DNA from: Octopus sinensis
Taxonomy: Eukaryota
Length of the DNA: 9,029 bases
NCBI RefSeq assembly: GCF_006345805.1
Contig: NW_021828107.1
Location: 1 to 9,029 of the forward strand
Direction: 5' to 3'
Below are positions 1-7,960 of the stretch, in pieces. How positions within the stretch are numbered: position 1 is the first letter of the stretch; each line of letters begins with the position of its first letter. Position numbers and translations under genes: made by a program. The notes under the pieces were generated by a model, which did no database searches, was not told where the DNA came from, and saw only the letters and a program-made list of their open reading frames with translations.

Positions 1-459
1 TACTCTGGGGTTGCCGATACACACAGATAGAGAAATTAAGGCCAACAGACCAGATATACTTGTCAAGATCATGAAGAAAAAATGCTTTCTAATTGATGTA
101 TCAATACCAGCGGATGACAGACACGTGTCTCTAAAAGAAATGGAGACTCTCAAACTACAAAGACCTGGAAATAGAGGTAACCAGAATGTGGAATCTAAAA
201 ACAGAAATAATTCCTATCATAGTATGTGCATTAGGCATGATAAAAAAATATTCAGACAAATACATAACAAAAACACCAGGACTTACAAACACATATAACA
301 TACAGAAAATTGCACTACTAGGCACTGCACACATTCTACGCAGAACATTTTCCATACAATAACCATAAAAGCATCACAACAAATCACAGCACATACCCAA
401 GGCACACAGAGCTGCGCTCGGTAGTGAAGTGAAAGCACGCTATAAAAATAAAATTACTG
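1..459 (+). mobile_element. 3' end of an RLE-encoding non-LTR retrotransposon (R4/Dong-like), running off the left edge; ORF remnant plus ~100-nt 3' UTR
   Basis: Frame 2 (11-145) gives PIHTDREIKANRPDILVK..KCFLIDVSIP..VSLKEME. Frame 3 (147-362) continues LSNYKDLEIEVTRMWNLKTEIIPIIVCALGMIKKYSDKYITKTPGLTNTYNIQKIALLGTAHILRRTFSIQ*. This matches the RPD..IDV..P..K..KY PD-(D/E)xK endonuclease C-terminus of R2/R4-group LINEs. The UTR ends directly at (AAT)5 (460-474). Confidence 0.88.
3..362 (+). pseudogene. Frameshifted restriction-like endonuclease domain coding remnant
   Basis: LW at 3-8 (frame 3), frame shift at ~9-10, frame 2 to ~146, second shift, then frame 3 to TAA at 360-362. The ORF track's 11..298 is chimeric and out of frame after ~146. 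Confidence 0.85.
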
Positions 460-474
460 AATAATAATAATAAT

Positions 475-674
475 CGTTTCTACTCTAGGCACAAGGTCCG
501 AAATTAGATCGACCCAGTACATAACTGACGTAACTGGTACTTAATTTATCGACCCCGAAAGGATGAAAGGCGAAGTCGACCTCGGCCGAATTTGAACTCA
601 GATGGTTAAGTCGGAGGAAATACCACTAAGTATTTCGTCCGACAGCGCTGACGGAACCGCCGGTTCCGCCACCT
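475..674 (-). mobile_element. tRNA-derived SINE, family A, copy 1 (internally deleted); (ATT)n tail at 460-474
   Basis: B-box GAGTTCAAATTC on the minus strand (588-599). Colinear with 5907-6122 (tttctact..ggcacaag, actggtacttaat.tatcgacccc, gaaa.g.aagtc.acctcgg). Confidence 0.85.
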
Positions 675-837
675 TTACCCTTAAAACAAATACCAGAAAC
701 CATAAATTACACCCGATGCCAGTTAAAGACTGTTATTTCACATCATAAACTAACAGCTCATCTCTATATAACTTTAGCCATTATTGTCCGTCTTTCGTTT
801 TATGTCTTCGCAATTTTGTTATATTTTTGTCCGCCAT

Positions 838-930
838 ATTGTTGACGTTGTTGTTGTTGCTGCTGTTGTTATGGTTGTTGCTTTTGTTATTGTTGTTGTT
901 GTTGTTGTTGTAGTTGTTGTTGTTGTTGTT
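838..930. repeat. (GTT)n microsatellite, imperfect
   Basis: Direct reading; it explains the poly-Val ORF. Confidence 0.95.
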
Positions 931-1040
931 AGTGCCGTTCGTGTTGCTTGCTCTTATCATTTTCTCCCGGCATTGCTGTTTTGTTTGTTAAGTATAGTTT
1001 GTGTCTATTTGTCCGTCTGTGCGTCTGCCTGTATGTCCTG

Positions 1041-1212
1041 TATATATGTATGTATGTATGTATAACTGTGTGCATGAACGGGTATATATATATATATATT
1101 ATATATATATATATCCATATATATTTTTATGTGCATGCATGTTATGCATGTGTGTATGTATGTATGTATTTGTATATTTGTTTTTTCATCTGGTTGTGTG
1201 TATATACGTATA

Positions 1213-1269
<57 letters not shown>

Positions 1270-1563
1270 TATGTATGTATATATGTTTGTATGTATGTAT
1301 GTATGTATGTATTATGTATGTTGTGTGTATGTATGTATGTATGTATGTATGTATGTATGTAGTATGTGTTGTCAGTCTGTTGGCCTCCATGTATGTTCTT
1401 TATATTTCTTTGCTATTTACGACACTGTCCATAAATTTATCTGTGAATATTACGCATATGTATTAAATATACATACATATACATATTACCAGCACATACA
1501 CACAAGTATATATACATACACGTATATACACACATTTATATATACGTATACGTATGTATGTAC

Positions 1564-1614
<51 letters not shown>

Positions 1615-1790
1615 CATACATACATACATACATACACATACATACATGTGTATTATGTATTTGTGTGGATGTGTGTGCGCCCGTGTGTGTATTCATATCT
1701 GCATATATATATATATATATATATATATCATATATTATATATATATTTTGTATGTGTGCATATGTATTGCGAGGCAGGGTGGATGGATGG
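1041..1790. repeat. Compound (TA)n/(TATG)n/(CATA)n/(TG)n microsatellite field
   Basis: Direct reading; source of the IYIY/VCMY ORFs. Confidence 0.95.
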
Positions 1791-1835
1791 AGAAATGTTT
1801 CATAGCAACCATGTATGTCACAATAAACAAAACTA

Positions 1836-1838
<3 letters not shown>

Positions 1839-1899
<61 letters not shown>

Positions 1900-1915
1900 C
1901 ATTATTATTATTATT
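1839..1915. repeat. (ATT)n microsatellite
   Basis: Near-perfect ATT run. Confidence 0.97.
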
Positions 1916-1926
1916 TGATGAAATAT

Positions 1927-2290
1927 GGGAAAGAATGCTTCCCAGCCACATGGTTCTGGGTTCAGTCCCACTGCGTGGTAGCTTGATCGAGTGTTTTCGA
2001 AAGTAGCCTTGGGATGCCTAAAGTGCTGTGAGTGAATTTGGTAGATGAAAACTGAAAGAAGCCCTTCGTGTGTGTGTGTTTATGTGTATGTGTGTGTGTC
2101 TTTTTCACCCACCACCGCTTGACAATTGGTGTTTACGTCCCTGTAACTTAGCGGTTCGGCTTAGGAGACCGATGGATTAAGAACCAGGCATTGCAAAATA
2201 TTAATACGTGCTGGATTCGATTCGTTCAACTAAAATTCTTCTAGGTTATGCCCCAGCATGGCCGCAGTCTAATAACTGAAACAAGTAAAG
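1927..2290 (+). mobile_element. tRNA-derived SINE, family B (CORE-like), near full length and diverged
   Basis: B-box GGGTTCAGTCCC at 1958-1969, followed by a degenerate CORE-like segment and an internal (GT)n. The 3' part (ttagcggttcggc..gagaccgat..ccagcatggccgcagtc..actgaaacaagtaaa) is shared with 3803-3942 and, inverted, with 5593-5725. The CORE assignment is from recalled consensus. Confidence 0.8.
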
Positions 2291-2307
2291 TCATGTTGTA
2301 GTCAAGC

Positions 2308-2695
2308 GAATTTTTCAACTACACAACCGTTCCTGCACATTTATTTCCACCGTTTAAGAAACGGTAAGGAATTACGCAAAGGCAGCAATAACTAATTTTT
2401 ATCATGCGAAAGTTTACAGGAATAAAATAAATTTCAGTGGTTTGATTTAATGTGACGAATGAGAAATCCAACGTTTCGGATATTTGTCTTTCATCAGTAA
2501 GAATTTTTTAACTACACAACCGTTCCTGCATATATATTTCCACCGTTTAAGAAAAAGTAAGGAATTACGCAAAAAACAGCAATAACTAATTCTTATCATG
2601 CCAAAGTTTACAGTAATAAAATAAATTTCAGCGTTTTGATTTAAGGTGACGAGTGAGAAATCCAACGTTTAGGATATTTGTCTTTCATCAGTAAG
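2308..2695 (-). repeat. Head-to-tail tandem dimer of a ~194-bp unit, each unit with a hammerhead-like core (PLE pseudo-LTR/retrozyme-like)
   Basis: Copy 1 is 2308-2501 and copy 2 is 2501-2695, with about 15 substitutions and 1 indel by manual alignment (~92%). The minus strand reads CUGAUGA-AAGACAAAUAUCC-GAAACGUU in copy 1 and has UAAAC in copy 2. Confidence 0.85.
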
Positions 2696-2836
2696 AGACA
2701 GAATATAGATATTAACACCATGGCTCCTGAAAAAAGCTCGTTTTTTCCCCATTATGCAAATGTGGTAACAATCCAATTGATCCCAGTGCAGGCATCTGGT
2801 CATGTTGTACAATATGCAGACTCCAAAGAATGGGGT

Positions 2837-2955
2837 CATCATCATCATTACCATCATCATCATTACCATCATCATCATCATCATCTCATCATTAGCATCA
2901 TCATCATCAATTTTTTTACCATCATTTTCAACATCATAAGCATCACCAGCCTCCA

Positions 2956-2996
<41 letters not shown>

Positions 2997-3330
2997 ACAT
3001 CATCATCAACATCATAAGCATCACCAGCCTCCACATCATCATCATCATTTTTATGAGAATGATCGTCATCACTATCATCATCATCATCATCATCATCAAC
3101 ATCATCATCAACATCATAAGCATCACCAGCCTCCACATCATCATCATCATTTTTATGAGAATGATCGTCATCACTATCATCATCATCATCATCATCATCA
3201 TCAACATCATCATCATTATCCTCATCATCATCCTTATCATCATCATCATCGTTATCATCATCATCATCATCATCATCATCATTATCATCATCATCATCGT
3301 TATCACCATCACCATCATCATCATCATCGT
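2837..3330. repeat. (CAT)n microsatellite with higher-order 78/102-bp repeats
   Basis: caacatcataagcatcaccagcctcc occurs at 2929, 3007 and 3109; tttttatgagaatgatcg occurs at 3048 and 3150. Confidence 0.93.
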
Positions 3331-3454
3331 TATTCTTATGTATGAAGGCGCGTGTTTATGACAGAAAGATTTAAAGCAAGAGAGAATATAAAATTCCACA
3401 TTTTTTTTTACAAATCTTCACATCCCGAGTTCAATCTCAGCTCACGTCATTATA

Positions 3455-3525
3455 TATGATTTTTGATTTTGATTTTGATTTTTCCAGTTTCAGCTAATGA
3501 GCTGTGGCCATGCTGGGGCACCGCC
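3455..3525 (-). mobile_element. SINE family B 3' terminal fragment with (AATCAA)-like tail
   Basis: The minus strand reads ggcggtgccccagcatggccacagctc..ctgaaactgg, matching the 3' ends at 2250-2290 and 3887-3930. Confidence 0.7.
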
Positions 3526-3527
3526 AT

Positions 3528-3557
3528 TAAATATATATATATATATATATCTATATA

Positions 3558-3588
<31 letters not shown>
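3528..3588. repeat. (TA)n microsatellite
   Basis: Direct reading. Confidence 0.95.
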
Positions 3589-3589
<1 letters not shown>

Positions 3590-3802
3590 TTTAAACTTTA
3601 ACTTTAACCCCACGGTGCATGAAAAGGGAGGACAGGCCTAAGATGAATATAAATAACATTCAAGTACTAAATTTCACATACGCAAGAGTCTATATCGTTA
3701 GTATATACATGAGGGGGAGTGGACAAACGATACAGAGAAAATATATCGTAAAAGCACCTGAAAGTTCAACGTACGCTGTTATTTATTTTATGATATATAT
3801 CA

Positions 3803-3942
3803 TAGCGGTTCGGCAAAAGAGACCGATAGAATAAGAACTGGGCTTACAAAAGAATAAGTCCCGGGGTCGAGCTGCTCGATTAAAAGGCGGTGCTCCAGCA
3901 TGGCCACTGTCAAATGACTGAAACTAGTAAAAAGAGAAAGAG
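3803..3942 (+). mobile_element. SINE family B, 5'-truncated copy
   Basis: tagcggttcggcaaaagagaccgatagaataag..ggggtcgagctgctcgat..ctccagcatggcc..gactgaaactagtaaa; homologous to 2147-2290 and to the reverse complement of 5593-5725. Confidence 0.85.
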
Positions 3943-3998
3943 ATATATTATATATTGTATGTATAAATATGCATATTCATATGTAAACAACATGTATG

Positions 3999-4003
<5 letters not shown>

Positions 4004-4038
<35 letters not shown>

Positions 4039-4068
4039 CTATATATAATATATATATATATATATATA
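4004..4068. repeat. (TA)n microsatellite
   Basis: Direct reading. Confidence 0.95.
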
Positions 4069-4178
4069 TTTATTTTATAGAAGGAGCTTCTACAGACTAG
4101 AAACTGTTTCAGGCTCCTGATGATTTCTTTTGAATGAAACAGTTCTAGTCCTGTAGAAGCTCCTTCTATAAAATAAAT
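4068..4178. repeat. Long inverted repeat: 44-nt arms (4068-4111 and 4135-4178) with a 23-nt spacer
   Basis: Left arm atttattttatagaaggagcttctacag-actagaaactgtttca versus the reverse complement of the right arm atttattttatagaaggagcttctacaggactag-aactgtttca; they differ by only two 1-nt indels. Confidence 0.95.
4112..4161 (+). ncRNA. Candidate type I hammerhead ribozyme (PLE-like)
   Basis: Stem I GGCUC (4112-4116) pairs with GAAGCU (4156-4161) with one bulged A. Core CUGAUGA is at 4117-4123. Stem II is UUC-UUUU-GAA closed by U.U. GAAA is at 4136-4139. Stem III is ACAG/CUGU with loop UUCUAGUC. The GUA cleavage triplet gives a cut after 4155. Confidence 0.6.
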
Positions 4179-4244
4179 TAATTTACTCTGCTATGTATTG
4201 AGTACCTTATTTACTGTGGTTAAACCCGACTCAACCCCGGGACC

Positions 4245-4245
<1 letters not shown>

Positions 4246-4287
<42 letters not shown>

Positions 4288-4810
4288 TATAAATATAAAT
4301 AAATACACCTACACATAGACAGACAGACAAACGGGCGGGTTCTCAAACGGACAAACAGATAGATCGATAAACAAATAGATTATATATAAACCTAATATAC
4401 ATGTGTATATATAAGGGGGTATATTTGTATATATATATTTGTATACATACATATGCATATTTATATATATTTCTATATATATAAATATACATATACACAT
4501 ATACATATGTATATATGTTATATGTTATATATATACAAATATGTATGTATATATATGTACATATATTAATATACATGAATTATATATATATATATATATG
4601 TGTCTACTGATATATGTATAGGCATGTATATATATATATATATATGTATGTATATAAACACACGCATACATACATATATACATAATACATACTTACATAC
4701 ATACATGCATGCATACAAACAAATGAACGTATACATATGTATGAATGTTATATATATATATATATACATACAGCAACAAACACATACACACAGACACACA
4801 CACAAAACAA
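4246..4810. repeat. Degenerate compound (TA)n/(TACA)n/(GACA)n/(CA)n field
   Basis: Direct reading. Confidence 0.9.
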
Positions 4811-5112
4811 CACACGCGCGGAAAGTTCTCAATGTTGATTAATGTGAGAAAGCGAAAGTAGAGAAATATCAACGCCATAACAAACAAACAAACGAAAAAA
4901 AAAAAACAATTAATAAAAAAATGAAGACTGCCTCTCTTTCGTAAATAAAACATCGTTTTTTTGTTTGTCTAGCGGTTTGCATTTTCCTCCATATTTGATG
5001 GCGAGTGTGTGATCAGACGCACAGCGGAAGTATCCAGTTACAACTGAAGGGCGATGAAACCGAAATGGCAGCCGTTCAACCGAATTTATCAATGAGCGGT
5101 AATAACTACCAT

Positions 5113-5114
5113 AT

Positions 5115-5150
<36 letters not shown>

Positions 5151-5166
5151 CTCTCCTATATTATAT

Positions 5167-5213
<47 letters not shown>
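5113..5213. repeat. (TA)n microsatellite, interrupted
   Basis: Direct reading. Confidence 0.95.
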
Positions 5214-5217
<4 letters not shown>

Positions 5218-5414
5218 CGAAGCGAAAATAAAATATCTTGGAGAGGATAAAATAAAAGGAAAATTAATATATAAAAAAAAAATCGTAAAAACGGTTTTCA
5301 GCAAATATTGGTGATAATCAATCAAACGTACGGATGAACGTTAAGAAAAGACAAACTGGATAGAGCGAAATTATATCTGGTGATCGATGGCGCGAATTTA
5401 ATCCTTTCGTTTCT

Positions 5415-5573
<159 letters not shown>

Positions 5574-5592
5574 TTCGTTGTTGCTTTTTTTG

Positions 5593-5725
5593 TCTCTCTT
5601 TTACTCTTTTACATGTTTCACTCAATTGACTGCAGCCATGCTGGAGCACGGCCTCTGGTCGAGCAAATCGACCCCCAGGACTTATTCTTCGTAAGCCTAG
5701 TACTTATTCTATCGGTCTCTTTTGC
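5593..5725 (-). mobile_element. SINE family B, 5'-truncated copy
   Basis: The reverse complement reads gcaaaagagaccgatagaataagtactaggcttacgaagaataagtcctgggggtcgatttgctcgacc..gtgctccagcatggctgcagtc, matching 3803-3942. Confidence 0.85.
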
Positions 5726-5826
5726 AAGTGCTCCATCCTTATTGCAGCCCTTATTTGTTCCATGTACTTCTCGAGATTTTTACTCACTGTTCGCAGGGCT
5801 CCGACAATTATTGGTACCAGTACCAC

Positions 5827-5864
5827 TATTATTATCATCATCATTATTATTATTATTATTATTA

Positions 5865-5899
<35 letters not shown>
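5827..5899. repeat. (ATT)n microsatellite
   Basis: Direct reading. Confidence 0.95.
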
Positions 5900-5900
<1 letters not shown>

Positions 5901-5906
5901 GGCGAT

Positions 5907-6122
5907 TTGTTTCTACTAAAGGCACAAGACCTGAAATGTCGGGGGAGGGGCTAAGTCAATTACATCGACCTCAGTATTCAACTGGTACTTAATGTATCGA
6001 CCCCTGACAGAATGAAAAGCAAAGTCAACCTCGGCGGAATTTGAACTCAGGACGCAAAGACGGACGAAATGCTGCTAAGCATTTTGCTCGGCGGGCTAAC
6101 GATTCTCCCAGCTCGCCGCCTT
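5907..6122 (-). mobile_element. SINE family A, full-length copy 2
   Basis: The minus strand starts AAGGCGGCGAGC, with A-box-like TGGGAGAATCGTT (6098-6110), B-box GAGTTCAAATTCC (6036-6048), a central gactttgcttttcattc..ggggtcgat domain, and a 3' ccttgtgcct..gtagaaac-like end. Confidence 0.9.
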
Positions 6123-6127
6123 CGAGA

Positions 6128-6149
6128 AATAATAATAGTAATAATAATA

Positions 6150-6195
<46 letters not shown>
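6128..6195. repeat. (AAT)n microsatellite, probable tail of SINE A copy 3
   Basis: Direct reading; it lies between the two minus-strand SINE A copies. Confidence 0.93.
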
Positions 6196-6196
<1 letters not shown>

Positions 6197-6350
6197 GTTT
6201 CAAATCGACTCAAATACTTGCTTTGTCGACTTCAAAAGAATGAAAAGCAAAGTCGATCTCGGGGGAATTTGAACCCAGAACGCTAAGACGGACGAAATGC
6301 CGCTAAGCATTTCGCCCTGTGTGTTAACCATTCTGCCAGTTCACCGTCTT
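6196..6350 (-). mobile_element. SINE family A, copy 3 (3' part deleted or rearranged)
   Basis: A-box TGGCAGAATGGTT (6326-6338), B-box GGGTTCAAATTCC (6264-6276); colinear with 6005-6122. Confidence 0.88.
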
Positions 6351-6420
6351 AGCTTCTGTTATTGGCAGATTATCATAATTGATATGTAGGGCGATACGCA
6401 AGCTGAATGATTAGAGGGTC

Positions 6421-6528
6421 GGTCAAAATGCTTTGCCGTATTTGTTCCTGGTCTTTACGTTCTGTGTTCAAACTCCAAACTGGTCAGCTTTATTTTATAT
6501 TTCTCTGGAGCGGATGGAATAAAGCACA
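6421..6528 (+). mobile_element. SINE family A, old diverged plus-strand fragment
   Basis: caaaatgcttt..gtattt..gtctttacgttctgtgttcaaactcc matches the sense reading of copies 2 and 3 (aaatgcttagc..catttcgtccgtctt..cgt.ctg.gttcaaattcc). Confidence 0.65.
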
Positions 6529-6639
6529 ACTTCAGTACGGGTTTCGATATAACCGACAAGAAAAACTTGCCCCTTTAAAAGTTCAGGTCTTGCGTCAATA
6601 CTTGTAACAATGATTATATTTCCTACAAAGATTGGTAGA

Positions 6640-6697
6640 AAGACAGACAGGCAGGCAGATAGACAGATAGATAGATATAGATAAATAAATAGATACA

Positions 6698-6733
<36 letters not shown>

Positions 6734-6766
6734 TAGACAGACAGACAGACAGATAGACAGGCAAAC

Positions 6767-6856
<90 letters not shown>

Positions 6857-6940
6857 CCAGGCAGACAGATTGACAGACAGGCAGGCAGACCGATAGACGA
6901 CATATAGAAAGACATATATATATATTATATATATATATAT

Positions 6941-7021
<81 letters not shown>

Positions 7022-7026
7022 TAATC

Positions 7027-7057
<31 letters not shown>

Positions 7058-7088
7058 GGATAGATAGATGGATAGATAGATAATAGAT

Positions 7089-7134
<46 letters not shown>

Positions 7135-7188
7135 AGATAGTAGATAGATGATATAAGATAGAGAGATAGAGAGAGAGAAATAGATAGA
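6640..7188. repeat. Compound (GACA)n/(GATA)n/(TACA)n/(TA)n/(GA)n array
   Basis: Direct reading; source of the LSIY minus-strand ORFs. Confidence 0.96.
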
Positions 7189-7664
7189 TGTGTGCCTACA
7201 CGTACAATATTTTTATGTACGCAATGTATATATAATTCTATACGCATTATGTTAAGCCTATGTATATGTTTTTGTGCGTGTATGTGTGTGTCTGCGTGTT
7301 CGCATGAGCTTGCATGCACGTATGTCTGTATGCTTGTATGCGTATATGCGTGCCTGCCTGCGTGCGTTGCGAATATGATTGTGTGTGTCTCTGTATTAAG
7401 AGGGATTAAAATTAATCCGGTCTTAATCCAAACACTTTTGTTGTAAAAACGTCGTTGGGAGTCAAGAAGCCGGTGAGCCCTTTTTGTTGATCCAACGATC
7501 ACTTAACCCTTTCCCCTGATACGAGGGAAGTGGAGGTGGGGGCCCTTCTCCGTGTTTATTAATGGGTGCTACAGCCCGGTTGGCATTAAGTGACTGCCGC
7601 CTGTTTAAACACACTTTTGATAAAGCTGAAAATCCTGCCAGGAACCTTTGCAATGACGTAGAGA

Positions 7665-7668
<4 letters not shown>

Positions 7669-7742
<74 letters not shown>
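7669..7742. repeat. Perfect (CA)n microsatellite
   Basis: Direct reading. Confidence 0.98.
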
Positions 7743-7744
<2 letters not shown>

Positions 7745-7960
7745 GAAACAACAAAAAAAGGAGAATGAGATCGATAAAATATGCCGGATGTAAGCGATGA
7801 GTATAATACAGGCGCTAAGCGGTCCTATGCATGAAGGGGGCATGCGTGAAGTATCTGCCTAAGAAGGCTCGCTCCGAAACCGCCGGCTTCTACGTTCGAT
7901 ATCACATTCTATCGCTCTGTACGTTGGGTTACTGGAACTCCGAATTAATTAATCCCTTGT

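Noticed and set aside
1270-1650. (TATG)n followed by (CATA)n, forming an apparent inverted repeat
   Set aside because: Expected by chance in compound TA-derived microsatellite fields; no unique sequence in the arms.
784-1986. Long ORFs (up to 305 aa) on both strands
   Set aside because: They are translations of (GTT)n, (TA)n, (TATG)n and (ATT)n, giving low-complexity V/IY/VCMY/I/N runs.
2696-2836. Possible PLE ORF C-terminus upstream of the minus-strand hammerhead (..FFRSHGVNI..)
   Set aside because: Only a vague resemblance to the GLN-type ending, with no GIY-YIG motifs recognisable in any frame.
2308-3210. CRISPR-like or prokaryotic repeat arrays
   Set aside because: The repeats are long tandem duplications without unique spacers, and the context is eukaryotic.
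2669-3355. Asp-rich minus-strand frame (EAGDAYDV repeats), reminiscent of acidic biomineralisation proteins
   Set aside because: (CAT)n is inherently stop-free in five of six frames, and the frame slips from poly-D to poly-M near 2885. There is no signal peptide or splice support.
5044-5062. CTGAAGG..GAAAC hammerhead-like string
   Set aside because: The core is CUGAAGG rather than CUGANGA, and no stem II or stem III can form.
6025-6350. tRNA genes suggested by the A/B boxes
   Set aside because: The box spacing and the downstream conserved body and tail show SINE heads; no cloverleaf is evident.
6495-7502. 335-aa minus-strand ORF
   Set aside because: Made mostly of (TATC)n/(TGTC)n translations.
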